DNA of 64,000 bases from Pseudomonadota bacterium (GCA_043809315.1 JAZDDX010000039.1:43918-107917); one strand, 5' to 3'; shown: positions 8,230 to 18,054, numbered from the stretch's first letter. The notes: a model not told the origin generated them from the sequence alone. A program made the numbers and translations.

Positions 8230-10425
8230 CTATCGGAAGAAAAGCATCTCGCGGTATTTCGGAAGCGTCCAAAGCTCGTCCGCCACGCACCCCTCCACCT
8301 CGTCGGAGATCTTTCGTACTTCCTGCATAGCCGAAACCACCGTTTCGCTCAACGCTTTGGCCCTTCTCCCCTCCCCGTCGATCTTCTCCGCCGCATGAAG
8401 ACTCTTCTCGAGCGTCTCGCACCCGCTCTTCAGGCTCTCGTAGAGCCGAACGATCCCGGTCAGCCGGTTCTTGGCGACCCCCGCCTCCGGCACGTTCCGG
8501 ACCACCCTACCGATCCTCTCCATCTCCCCTTCTGCTGCGGGAAAGACATGCGTCCGGACGAGGTCGAGCATCGTCGCCGCCTCCATCTCGATCTGTTTGA
8601 TGTAGCGCTCGAGCATGATGACGTGCCGGGCGCCGATCTCCTCGGCGGAGAGAATCCCCAGCTTGGATACGAACTCCCACCGTTTGGCGTCCCCGAGGAC
8701 CGCGAGTGCTGCCGGCGCCGACTGAAGGTTCGAAAGCCCTCTTCGCTCCGCCTCCTCCTTCCAATCGGACGAATAGTTGTTCCCCTCGAACCGGATCCGT
8801 TTCGTCTCGGTGATCACTTCCCGGATCAAGAAGAGAACCGCCTCGTCCCGGACCTTGGTTTGGGCCAGCTTCCTTTCCAGACGGTCGGCCAACTGGGAGA
8901 AGGAGTCCCCGGCCGCCGCGTTCAGGAACGAGATCGGTACGGCGATGTTGGCCGAGGCACCGACCGCCCGGAATTCGAACTTGTTCCCGGTGAAGGCGAA
9001 CGGAGAGGTCCGGTTCCGGTCGGTGTTGTCCCGGGAGATCACCGGAAGCTTTGAAACCCCGAGGCTCAAGATCGCCTCCTCGGTGGGGTGCTCGACGACA
9101 TCCCCGGTTTCAATCTTGTCGAGAATCCGGCTCAAGTTCTCCCCCAAGAAGACGCTGATGATCGCCGGTGGGGCCTCGTTCGCCCCGAGACGGTGGTCGT
9201 TTCCGGGGGTCGCGATCGACGCCCGAAGCAGATCCGCATGATCATGTACTGCTTTAAGAACACCCGTCAAAATAGCTAGAAATCTTAGGTTTTGATGCGG
9301 AGTTTTTCCGGGCTCCAGAAGGTTCTCCCCACGCTGGGTCGCGAGACTCCAGTTGTTGTGTTTCCCGCTCCCGTTGATCCCGGCAAACGGCTTTTCGTGA
9401 AGCAGGCAAACCAGGTCGTGCCGCAGAGCGATCCGACACATCAGATCCATGGTAAGGGAATTGTGATCGGCGCTGACGTTCGAATCCTCGAAGATCGGGG
9501 CCAGCTCGAACTGCGCCGGAGCGACCTCGTTATGCCGGGTTTTGACCGGTACGCCGAGCTTGTACAGCTCCTGTTCCAGCTCCTGCATGAAGGCGAGAAC
9601 CCTCGACTGGATCGTGCCAAGATAATGATCCTCGAACTGCTGGCCGCGTGTCGGGGATCGCCCCAGAAGGGTCCGCCCGGTCATCAGGAGATCGGGACGG
9701 GCGGCGAAGAACCCCCGGTCGATCAGGAAATACTCCTGCTCCGCTCCCAAGGTCGTGTGAACCGTCGTGATGTCGACGTCGCCCAGGAGCTTCACGAACC
9801 TCACCACCTGTTTCGAGAGCGCTTCGTTCGCTCGCAAAAGAGGGGTCTTCGTGTCGAGCGCCGCTCCGTGATAGCTCAAGAAGGCCGAAGGAATGCAGAG
9901 GGTGTTCCCGTTGACGGTCTCGATGATGAAGACCGGACTGGTCGGGTCCCAAGCTGTGTACCCGCGCGCCTCGAACGTCGAACGCATTCCTCCGCTCGGG
10001 AAGGAGCTGGCGTCCGGCTCGGACTGGATCAGCGCCGCACCGTTGAACCGTTCGATCGCCGACGTCTGGCCGCTCTCCGAGGTCCGGGTCGTGATGAAGG
10101 CATCGTGTTTCTCGGCGGTGAGTCCCGTCATCGGCTGGAACCAGTGCGTAAAGTGGGTCGCCCCGTGGGCCATTGCCCACTCCTTGATCGCGTTCGCCAC
10201 CTCGTCCCCGACATTCCGGGGGAGTCTCTCCCCTTTGTGGACCAGGTTCATGAGCGCCTCGTACGAGTCTTTCGAGAGCTTCTCCTTAATCTGGTCGAGA
10301 CCGAAGGTGTTGCTTCCGAAGAATTCGCTCACGGGAAGGATCTTCCCGAGCGCATCGGTCGGGCGGTGGATTTCACGGGTGCGTCGGGTGATGGAGGCTT
10401 TGATCGCCTCCTGGCGAAGGAACAT
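8230..10425 (-). CDS. glnA: Glutamine synthetase type III
   Basis: 731 aa; HFTHWFQPMTG, AEKHDAF, EPDASSFPSGG, RHNEVAP, HEKPFAGINGSGKH, DRNRTSPFAFTGNKFEFRA, W-LPKYREMLF. Confidence 0.95.
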   Translation of the reverse strand: MFLRQEAIKASITRRTREIHRPTDALGKILPVSEFFGSNTFGLDQIKEKLSKDSYEALMNLVHKGERLPRNVGDEVANAIKEWAMAHGATHFTHWFQPMTGLTAEKHDAFITTRTSESGQTSAIERFNGAALIQSEPDASSFPSGGMRSTFEARGYTAWDPTSPVFIIETVNGNTLCIPSAFLSYHGAALDTKTPLLRANEALSKQVVRFVKLLGDVDITTVHTTLGAEQEYFLIDRGFFAARPDLLMTGRTLLGRSPTRGQQFEDHYLGTIQSRVLAFMQELEQELYKLGVPVKTRHNEVAPAQFELAPIFEDSNVSADHNSLTMDLMCRIALRHDLVCLLHEKPFAGINGSGKHNNWSLATQRGENLLEPGKTPHQNLRFLAILTGVLKAVHDHADLLRASIATPGNDHRLGANEAPPAIISVFLGENLSRILDKIETGDVVEHPTEEAILSLGVSKLPVISRDNTDRNRTSPFAFTGNKFEFRAVGASANIAVPISFLNAAAGDSFSQLADRLERKLAQTKVRDEAVLFLIREVITETKRIRFEGNNYSSDWKEEAERRGLSNLQSAPAALAVLGDAKRWEFVSKLGILSAEEIGARHVIMLERYIKQIEMEAATMLDLVRTHVFPAAEGEMERIGRVVRNVPEAGVAKNRLTGIVRLYESLKSGCETLEKSLHAAEKIDGEGRRAKALSETVVSAMQEVRKISDEVEGCVADELWTLPKYREMLFFR

Positions 10426-10440
10426 GTCGTTCTCCTTTCG

Positions 10441-10517
10441 GCTTCAGGAAGTCGTTCGACCCACTGAAACCTGGATTCGGGTTTCGACTCGGAGAAGCGC
10501 ACGCCTCTCCGAATCCA
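10441..10517 (-). promoter_or_regulatory. Structured 5' leader of glnA (candidate cis-regulatory RNA)
   Basis: mRNA-sense stems UGGAUU/AAUCCA, GAGAGGCG/CGCUUCUC and GUUUCAG/CUGAAGC (enclosing GUCG-AA-CGAC), directly upstream of the AAGGAG RBS. Confidence 0.4.
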
Positions 10518-10555
10518 AAGAATTTGTAACCCGTATTTCGGAAGGTGGAAAGGGG

Positions 10556-11215
10556 TTACAGCTGATTTCCCGGAAGTCCAAGCTCCTCGGGGGTTCGCTT
10601 TGTCAGGAGCAGCTCGAAGTATCTCTCGATCACCATGGCCGGAAGATAGTAGACCCTGTACCCGTACGGATCGTGCGGAACAGGTTCGTCGCGAGGAGGA
10701 TACCGGTCGGCGAAATCCCGGAACCAGCGCTCGAAACGGCCCAGTTCCCGCCGAACGATGGTCGGTTCGACCGTCAGATACCTTTTCTTCTGATCCGCCG
10801 TAGAACTCTCCCCCCAGTCCACCTTCTCCCCACTCGGACCGAAGGTGTCATCCACCCGAATTACCCCTGGGATTGTGACAGGGATTGAATCCAGGCCCGC
10901 CCCATTTCCGGGAAGACGAAACCCTGCGATGACGCGTCCAAGTTCCGCCCTTTCGATTTCTTTCAGGCGGTCGATCGCCACCTGAATCTGTCTCCCCTGG
11001 ATTCTCTTCCAGGAGAGAAACGCAGCGGACTTATTGCTCGGGTTGACGAAATAGACCAGGGGCTGATGATCTTCCTCCAACGTGAGATCGGCACGGAAGG
11101 CGTTTTCGGGGTTCGTTGCACCACTCCAAACCAATTCGATCGCCCCGCGCTCACTTCCGGCCCTTGCGACCGAGAAGCCAAGGAGGAGAAGAATCGTTGC
11201 GAGGATCCGTTTCAT
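10556..11215 (-). CDS. Hypothetical secreted protein
   Basis: Signal peptide MKRILATILLLLGFSVARA; no recognisable domain. Confidence 0.6.
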   Translation of the reverse strand: MKRILATILLLLGFSVARAGSERGAIELVWSGATNPENAFRADLTLEEDHQPLVYFVNPSNKSAAFLSWKRIQGRQIQVAIDRLKEIERAELGRVIAGFRLPGNGAGLDSIPVTIPGVIRVDDTFGPSGEKVDWGESSTADQKKRYLTVEPTIVRRELGRFERWFRDFADRYPPRDEPVPHDPYGYRVYYLPAMVIERYFELLLTKRTPEELGLPGNQL

Positions 11216-11357
11216 CGGGTCACAAGAAAACACCTAGTCGATTTCGAAGGAGGAAAAAAGAGAATCCCTGATCCCGGAGAGGTTCGCCGAAATTCTGCTC
11301 AGCTGGAGCGTTGCGCGTGTCGCATGGAGCGTCTTAGGCGACAGAAACAAGTAACAA

Positions 11358-11400
11358 AATCAGGAGATTGGGAATCGACCCGTGGTGGCATGCCCTTTGC
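11358..11400 (+). promoter_or_regulatory. IHF site plus sigma-54 (-24/-12) promoter
   Basis: AATCAG-GAGA-TTG (11358-11370) matches WATCARN4TTR. TGGCATG-CCCT-TTGC (11386-11400) has exact -24/-12 spacing. AAGGAGG RBS follows. Confidence 0.7.
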
Positions 11401-11425
11401 GGTAGCCTGTTGGGTCAAAGGAGGA

Positions 11426-12241
11426 ATGAAAGTGACGCGACCCGAAATCCGATTTCTCAAACAGAGTCTCCCCCTGGTTTGTCTTCTTCTTTTCTTCTTT
11501 CCCGTTCGTTCGTACGCGCAGGAGGACCCGATGTTCTCAATGCCCGGGATGAAAGAGAAGGACCAGACCTCTCCGGCGATGAACGGGGAGGAATCCCGGT
11601 CACGCGCCAAAGAAGTTCGGAAGACGAGATCGAATGACGATGAATCCGATCGGGAGACCTCCACGCCGACTACGAAACGAGGAGTTGTCTTTCGGACTCC
11701 GGACGGCTCCCCCGTGTTTCTCACCGCGGATTCGACGAGAAAATCGCGATTGGTCGCGACCATAAAACAGAAGAAACAGACCGTGTACTTCCTTGTGATC
11801 ATGGCGGGTGACATCGAGGAAGAGAACGTGAGTTCAAATTCGGACGATGTGGACGACGTCAAGAAAAACATCGCCGTCGACTCCCGCTCCAAAGACCACT
11901 CGAATATCGATTACGGACATCTAACCCAGGAGGAGATCCTCGGTCACTGGTGGGTCGCCCCTTTGAGCAAGAATCACACGAGTTGCGGCCGGGAGTTCAG
12001 GGTCCTGAAGGATGGTTCCACCGAACTTCGAGAACCTGATGGGAAGGAATCGATGAAAGGAACCGATTCCAAATGCCCCTGGTACGAGGGGGGGTATGGG
12101 TGGACGAATCGGACCGAGATCAACCCGGGTTCACCGAGCGAGGTGCACGCTTTGATGATCGACGGGGAGAAGGTGGAACTTCCGCCCATGGCGCTTCTTG
12201 AAGTACCGTACCCCGCTACCAAAGATATCGCCGAACGGTAA
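11426..12241 (+). CDS. Hypothetical secreted protein
   Basis: AAGGAGG RBS, ATG 11426, signal peptide ending in SYA-QED; no recognisable domain. Confidence 0.65.
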   Translation: MKVTRPEIRFLKQSLPLVCLLLFFFPVRSYAQEDPMFSMPGMKEKDQTSPAMNGEESRSRAKEVRKTRSNDDESDRETSTPTTKRGVVFRTPDGSPVFLTADSTRKSRLVATIKQKKQTVYFLVIMAGDIEEENVSSNSDDVDDVKKNIAVDSRSKDHSNIDYGHLTQEEILGHWWVAPLSKNHTSCGREFRVLKDGSTELREPDGKESMKGTDSKCPWYEGGYGWTNRTEINPGSPSEVHALMIDGEKVELPPMALLEVPYPATKDIAER

Positions 12242-12260
12242 CAATCGCCGAAGCAACTCT

Positions 12261-12578
12261 CTACTTCTGCGTCGGGGAGGTGGGAAACACCAGGAGCTTC
12301 GACTTGTCGCTCCGAAACTTGAGCCCCTTGTGCTGCTTCCCGACCTCCTGCACCGAGATGACCGTGTAGATCGAAAGATGGAGCGTCTTGACGTCGGCGA
12401 GCCGTTTCTCGAGCGCTTCCTGCTCCGGTGAGATGACGAGCGCGTCTTTGTCGAACAAGAAATCGGAGATCGCGATGAATCCCAAACCGAGACTCGAGTC
12501 GTGGATCCTCGCTGCCTTGAGCGAGAAGATCTTCCCCTCGGTCGGGTCGCGGTAGGTCAGGATGAAGTAGCTGCTCAC
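12261..12578 (-). CDS. DUF1820-like protein
   Basis: LGFIAISDFLF...ISPEQEALEKRLADVKTLHLSIYTVISVQEV pattern; GTG start overlaps the upstream TGA. Confidence 0.65.
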   Translation of the reverse strand: MSSYFILTYRDPTEGKIFSLKAARIHDSSLGLGFIAISDFLFDKDALVISPEQEALEKRLADVKTLHLSIYTVISVQEVGKQHKGLKFRSDKSKLLVFPTSPTQK

Positions 12579-14683
12579 TCCTCTTCTTCCTTAGCCGCCT
12601 GTTTCAGGAACGGGGAGGCCGCCTTGATCTTTTCAATCAGATGTCCCGGCACCTCGCGGTACGAATCGAACTCCATCGTGAAGCTCCCCTGCCCCGCCGT
12701 CATCGACTGCAGGTCGGCGACGTAACTCTGAACCTCGGAGAGAGGACAGAAGGCGTTGACCACCGTCATGTTCCCCCGGTTTGTCATCCCGGCCACCTGT
12801 CCGCGACGAGTCGAGACATCCCCCATGATCGCGCCGGAACTCTCCTGCGGCACCACGATCTCCATCTTGTAGTACGGCTCCAGGAGCTTCGTCCCGACCT
12901 TCTCCATCGCCGCCCTTAAGCCCTTGTACCCGGCCTGTTGGAACGCGATGTCTTTGGAATCGACCGGGTGGTACTTCCCGTCCCGGAGCGTCACGCGGAA
13001 GTCGATTAATGGATACCCGGCCATCATGCCGTGCTTCGCCCGCTCGATGACCCCCTTCTCGACGGAGGGAATGAACTGCCGCGGGATCGCGCCTCCCGAG
13101 ATGTCGTTCACGAACTCGAACCCCTTCGTGCGCGGAAGCGGCTCCGCATCGATGTAACAGACACCGAACTGTCCCGCGCCGCCGGTTTGTTTTTTGTGTT
13201 TCCCCTCGATCATCTGGACTCTTCCGCCCAGCGTCTCGCGGTACGGGATCGGCGGGAGCTCCTTGGTGACGGTCACCTTGAACTTCCGATTCAGCCGCTC
13301 GATCGCGATGTCGAGATGGCTGTGACCGAGGCCGCTCAAGACTATGCGGTGGGAGAGATCGTCGACCGAGATTGAAAGCGTGGGATCTTCCTCGAGGAGG
13401 CGGTCAATCGCCTCTTTCATCTTGTCCTCGTCCTTCTTGGCGGCCGGGATCAGGATGCAGCCGATCATCGGTTTCGGATAACTCGGATTCGGCATCACCC
13501 GGACCTGTTTTAGTTCACAGAAGGTGTTGTTGGTGTGCGTCCGGGTCAGCTTGATCGCCGCCGCGATGTCGCCGCAGACGAACGAATCGACCCGGGAGAA
13601 ATCCTTTCCGCGCACGAGGTACGGCGTTCCGAGACGCATCTTTTCTCCGGTCGCGACGTTCAGAACCTCCCCGTCCTTCGTCGGTGTCCCCGAAAAAATC
13701 CGGAAGACGGTGACATGACCGACGTTCAAGTCGATCGCCGTGTGAATCACTTGCCCGAGGAACGGCCCGTTCGGATCGGGGGTGACGGTCGTCTCCTCCC
13801 CCTCCTTGGTCTGGCAGACGACCGGGGGACGGGTGAGCGGGCTCGGTACCCCGCGGGCGATCAGGTCGAGAATCGGCTGCACACCGATGTTCTTCGAAGC
13901 GCAGGTGAAGAGAACCGGGGTCAGATTCCCTTGCGCGACCGCCTTGAAAAACACCTCCCGGACCACTTCGGGGTCGGCCTGGTTTGTTTCCAGATACTTT
14001 TCCAAGAGGGCGTCGTCGGTCGAAACGATCCCCTCGGTCAGTTCGGCGGAATTAACCTCGACTTCATCCTTGAGATCGGCGGGAACCGGACCTTCCGTCA
14101 CTTTTCCGGTCAGATCTGCGGCCCATCGGTACCCTTTCTGTCCGATCAGGTCGACCACCCCAGAAAACGACTCCCCGGCTCCGATCGGGAGCTGGATCGG
14201 GAGCAGCTGAGCCTCGAGCGCCTCCCCCACTTCCCGGACGATATCGCTCCATTTCTTCGCGGCGCGATCCATCTGGTTGATGACCAGGACGCACGGGAGG
14301 TTCCTCTCCTTTGCCTGCGCCCACGCTTTTCGGGTCTGGAGGCGGACGCCGTCGACCGCGCTCACGACGATCACGGCCGCATCGGCCCCTTGCATCGCGG
14401 TCATCCCGTCCCAAAAGAAGTTCTGATCCCCCGGGGTGTCGAGAAAGTTGATCTTTTTCCCGGCGTACTCGACCCACCCGAAGTGCGTGACGATCGAACC
14501 CCCTCTTTTATGCTCTTCCGGCTCCGTATCGAAAACCGACGTCGGGTCCCCCGGCTTCCCCAGACGGGTCGTCCCCCCCAGGGTGAACATGATCGCTTCG
14601 GACAGGGCGGTCTTCCCGGAATGCGAGTGCCCCACGATCGCTACGTTTCGGATCTCCTCAGGTTTGACCATGCCGTTTCCCAT
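12575..14683 (-). CDS. fusA: Elongation factor G paralogue (EF-G2-like)
   Basis: IRNVAIVGHSHSGKT, DTPG, EEDPTL, HKKQTGGAGQFG, GKYHPVDS, LLEPYY; not in an rpsL-rpsG-tuf context. Confidence 0.9.
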   Translation of the reverse strand: MGNGMVKPEEIRNVAIVGHSHSGKTALSEAIMFTLGGTTRLGKPGDPTSVFDTEPEEHKRGGSIVTHFGWVEYAGKKINFLDTPGDQNFFWDGMTAMQGADAAVIVVSAVDGVRLQTRKAWAQAKERNLPCVLVINQMDRAAKKWSDIVREVGEALEAQLLPIQLPIGAGESFSGVVDLIGQKGYRWAADLTGKVTEGPVPADLKDEVEVNSAELTEGIVSTDDALLEKYLETNQADPEVVREVFFKAVAQGNLTPVLFTCASKNIGVQPILDLIARGVPSPLTRPPVVCQTKEGEETTVTPDPNGPFLGQVIHTAIDLNVGHVTVFRIFSGTPTKDGEVLNVATGEKMRLGTPYLVRGKDFSRVDSFVCGDIAAAIKLTRTHTNNTFCELKQVRVMPNPSYPKPMIGCILIPAAKKDEDKMKEAIDRLLEEDPTLSISVDDLSHRIVLSGLGHSHLDIAIERLNRKFKVTVTKELPPIPYRETLGGRVQMIEGKHKKQTGGAGQFGVCYIDAEPLPRTKGFEFVNDISGGAIPRQFIPSVEKGVIERAKHGMMAGYPLIDFRVTLRDGKYHPVDSKDIAFQQAGYKGLRAAMEKVGTKLLEPYYKMEIVVPQESSGAIMGDVSTRRGQVAGMTNRGNMTVVNAFCPLSEVQSYVADLQSMTAGQGSFTMEFDSYREVPGHLIEKIKAASPFLKQAAKEEEE

Positions 14684-14803
14684 GAACTCCTCCGCGTAAG
14701 AAACCCCTGCCCCCGGCCTTTCGCCGGTGAACGTGCTGATTTAGAACACTCTTGTTAATTGTGCAAGATTGCAGGAGAGGTTTATCCTGGTTAACGTTAA
14801 CAC

Positions 14804-16513
14804 GTGGAAGATATCCCTCTGATCCTGACGTTGCTCGACAAGAGCATCCGGCAATTCACGCTCTACGGCCGGGAACATCCCCAGACCCAACTTGCCCTTC
14901 GGGATCTCATGGCCCGCCTGGACGAGTACCTGACCAACGTCGGGCGGCTGGAGCTCACGGTCAAGCGAACCGAGTTGGAGTGGAAAGGCGAGGCCGTATT
15001 TCGGATGGAGAAGCGGGAGAACAATTACCTCCAACAGATGTATCTCGACGGAATCCGCCGACTGGGGTTCGCGCGCGAAATCACGCCGGAAGAACTCAAG
15101 GACTTCGTGCAGGTCCTCTCCCGGGACCCCGGAGTCTACGAATCGCAAGAGGACGACACGGTCACCCTTTTCTGGAAGAAAGCGTTCCGGCACCTCTTCT
15201 ATCAGACGGTCGATGTCTACGGCGGCGACCTGGTCGCCATGTTCCAGAACAACCTGTCCGAAGAAGACATGACCAAGGAGGAAATGGACGAACGGAATTA
15301 TGCACGGCATTTCGTGGAGAAACTCGTCGCGGCGGAACCTTCCCCGGGCGCGGAGTCCGTTCCCGCCCGAGCCCCTGCCAAGCCGCTCCCGGAGGTTCCT
15401 TTATTCCATTTCGAGGTTACCAGCGAGAACGGCGACCGGATCCGGAAGGAGGCGCAGGAGACCGGCATCCGCGACTTTCACCCTGAGCTGCGGACGGTCT
15501 TCTGCGAAGTCCTCGAAACCGAGGGGGAATCCGAGGATCTTCCGCCGCTGGTCGCCGCATACCTCGCGATCGTCGCGGGGTTCGTCGAGGAAGGAAAACC
15601 TACGCTCGCTGCGGAGTGGATGACGGAGCTTCGAATCGTTGAAACGTTCCTGGCCGGATCCCCGACGGCCTCGGCGATCTTCGACCGGGAGATCGACCGC
15701 GCGTTTCCGAGCGAGATGTTTACGGCGTTGGGGAAACAGTTCGCGCACGCCTTTCCGGGAACCCCGGAAGAGTGGATCGCTTTCTTTCGGCCGCTTAAGA
15801 GCACCGCCGCTCCCATCGTCATCGAGCTTCTTACCCACCTCCCGCAAGAGACGCTTCATGCCACATTTACCGACTTCCTCCTCTCGGACATCCCGGGGGA
15901 AACCGAACTCTATCGGTCCCAACTCACGAGCCCGAACTGGATGATGATTCGGGACATGGTGCGGATCCTAGGGAAGCTCCTGTCGGGGAAGGATCTCGTG
16001 GACGCTCTCAACCGCGTGGCCGCACACCCGCACCCGGAAATACGACTGGAGGTTCTTCGTGTGGCTGGCCCGATCCCCGGGGAGTCGACGCACGAGCTGC
16101 TTCGCAGGGGGCTTATGGATTCCAACGCAGACGTCCGGAATGCGGCGCTCCGATTCGTCGGTCAGCACCGCGACCCCTATTTCGCCAAACCGCTCGCGAA
16201 GCTCGCCAACGCCGATTCGTTCCTGGAACGCGACCCGGTCGAGAAGAAGCGGTGGATGATCACGTTGGGGCGTTGCGCGGGAACGGCCGCCCTCCCCTTT
16301 CTCGAGCAGGTTCTCGACCGGGTCGGATCGACCGATCCGGAGATCGAGGTTCGCGTGGCGGCGTTGCACGGCCTGGCCGAGATTCCCGACCCCCGCGCAC
16401 ACAAGGCATTGCAGAATGCAGCGTCCCCGCTCTTCGGAAGCCGGGAGGTCAAGAAGACCGCGCGTCACCTTCTGGAGCGAAAGACCCCGCCGAAAGAGAA
16501 GGACCCCAAGTGA
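14804..16513 (+). CDS. HEAT-repeat protein with uncharacterised N-terminal domain
   Basis: C-terminal HEAT-like repeats (HPHPEIRLEVLR, DSNADVRNAALR, EVRVAALHGLA). Confidence 0.75.
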   Translation: MEDIPLILTLLDKSIRQFTLYGREHPQTQLALRDLMARLDEYLTNVGRLELTVKRTELEWKGEAVFRMEKRENNYLQQMYLDGIRRLGFAREITPEELKDFVQVLSRDPGVYESQEDDTVTLFWKKAFRHLFYQTVDVYGGDLVAMFQNNLSEEDMTKEEMDERNYARHFVEKLVAAEPSPGAESVPARAPAKPLPEVPLFHFEVTSENGDRIRKEAQETGIRDFHPELRTVFCEVLETEGESEDLPPLVAAYLAIVAGFVEEGKPTLAAEWMTELRIVETFLAGSPTASAIFDREIDRAFPSEMFTALGKQFAHAFPGTPEEWIAFFRPLKSTAAPIVIELLTHLPQETLHATFTDFLLSDIPGETELYRSQLTSPNWMMIRDMVRILGKLLSGKDLVDALNRVAAHPHPEIRLEVLRVAGPIPGESTHELLRRGLMDSNADVRNAALRFVGQHRDPYFAKPLAKLANADSFLERDPVEKKRWMITLGRCAGTAALPFLEQVLDRVGSTDPEIEVRVAALHGLAEIPDPRAHKALQNAASPLFGSREVKKTARHLLERKTPPKEKDPK

Positions 16514-18018
16514 GTCCGGAAGCCAAACAAGGAACAACGCGGTCGAAAGAACAGATCGTGCAACTGAATCGGGTCGGAAGACAGTGGCTGCAGGCGTTCG
16601 CGACGATCCTCCGCACCTCCCACTTCCACGATCCGCAGAATCAGATCTTCAACAAGCCGATCGCCGCCCTCCTCCAAGCGAACCAGGAAGTCTTGAGCGG
16701 CGAAGGGAAGATCGAGTTCCGCATCCTGGACGATCAGTTCTTTCTGAACGGACTCTGGATCAAGTCGACCCTGGCCGAGAAAGACGCGCTCTACGCTCTG
16801 GCCGATGCGTTCAAGAAGATGGGACTCGGCGGGATCGACGTCCGTTCCGAATCGAAGGAGGAGCATTGGCGAACGCTGGCCGGAATCTTCAAGACCCTTC
16901 ACGGCCCGACCGGGGAACGTGCGGAAACGATCAATGTCGAACTCGCCCGTGCCGGCATCGCCGGAATCCAGATGCACCGCGTGTTCCATCTCAAGGGCGA
17001 CTCGGAACAAGGGCAACCCCTCCCGGCCCCCTCTTTCTTCGCCGTTTCGTGGTACGCCAAGTCGTTGGCGGCGCTTCGCGACTTCACCCAATCCCCCCGG
17101 GGGGAGGAGCAGGTCGCCGTGCTCCGAAAAGTCCAGCGGATCGTGTGCGAGATGATCGACCTGTGTGAAAAAAACCCGGCCCTTTTCGCCACGCTCGCCC
17201 TGATCCGAAGCTACGAATCGTACTTTTTCCACCACGGGGTCAACGTGATGATCCTCTCCATCTTGACCGGCCGGGAGATCGGCATGGAACGGAAGGAGAC
17301 GGCCGATCTTGGGATGGCGGCCCTTCTTCACGATATCGGGAAGCTTTCGATCCCGGACGAGATCCTCTCCAAGCCTGGAAAGCTCACGCCGGAGGAATGG
17401 GCCCGGATCTCCCGTCACCCGATCGAGTCAGCAAAGACGTTCCTTCTTCTCGGGTACATGAACGAATCGGTCGCGGAGCGCGTCCTGGTCTCCTACGAAC
17501 ACCATCTCGCTTCGCGCACGCCGAAGGCCTACCCGACTCCGCGACGGAGCGTGAACCCGACGTTGATGGCGGAGATCATCTCCGTGGCGATCGCGTACGA
17601 TTCGATGACCAATGCGAAACCGTATCGGCCCGCGCTCTACCCCTGGGAGGCGATCCGGATCCTGGCGGCTCGCAGCGACCAGGGGTTCTACCGGAAGGAG
17701 ATCGTCGACGCCCTTCTGCGCGTCCTGGGCCCGGTGCCGTTCGGAAGCTGGGTTTTCGTGGAGGGGGGGTTCGAGGGGATCGTGGCCGCTGCCGGGACGC
17801 TCGCTCCGACTCCGATGGTTCCGCTGGTTCTGGTCCCCGGGGAAAACGGGGATTTCCGCTGGATCGACACCGCCGAACCAAATCCCCAGACCGGACAACG
17901 CCCCGGTGTCGTCCCCCGCGCGACGAACCTGAACCGATACCAGGATGCCGTCAAACTCCTGTTCCACTGCGTCGCTGCGGACGGACGCCTGGGCACGACC
18001 GTAGCCGCCTCTTCTTGA
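16510..18018 (+). CDS. HD-GYP domain protein
   Basis: GTG start overlapping the upstream stop; HGVNV, LLHDIGK, ILSKPGKLTPEEW, HP, YEHH, AYP, YDSMT..KPYR. Confidence 0.85.
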   Translation: MSPEAKQGTTRSKEQIVQLNRVGRQWLQAFATILRTSHFHDPQNQIFNKPIAALLQANQEVLSGEGKIEFRILDDQFFLNGLWIKSTLAEKDALYALADAFKKMGLGGIDVRSESKEEHWRTLAGIFKTLHGPTGERAETINVELARAGIAGIQMHRVFHLKGDSEQGQPLPAPSFFAVSWYAKSLAALRDFTQSPRGEEQVAVLRKVQRIVCEMIDLCEKNPALFATLALIRSYESYFFHHGVNVMILSILTGREIGMERKETADLGMAALLHDIGKLSIPDEILSKPGKLTPEEWARISRHPIESAKTFLLLGYMNESVAERVLVSYEHHLASRTPKAYPTPRRSVNPTLMAEIISVAIAYDSMTNAKPYRPALYPWEAIRILAARSDQGFYRKEIVDALLRVLGPVPFGSWVFVEGGFEGIVAAAGTLAPTPMVPLVLVPGENGDFRWIDTAEPNPQTGQRPGVVPRATNLNRYQDAVKLLFHCVAADGRLGTTVAASS

Positions 18019-18054
18019 GTAAATCTTGGGATCCGGGTTACAACGAAAGCTGCC

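Noticed and set aside
10471-10520. tRNA-like element (GGGTTTCGACTC resembles a T-loop)
   Set aside because: No D-arm, anticodon arm or acceptor stem with CCA can be built.
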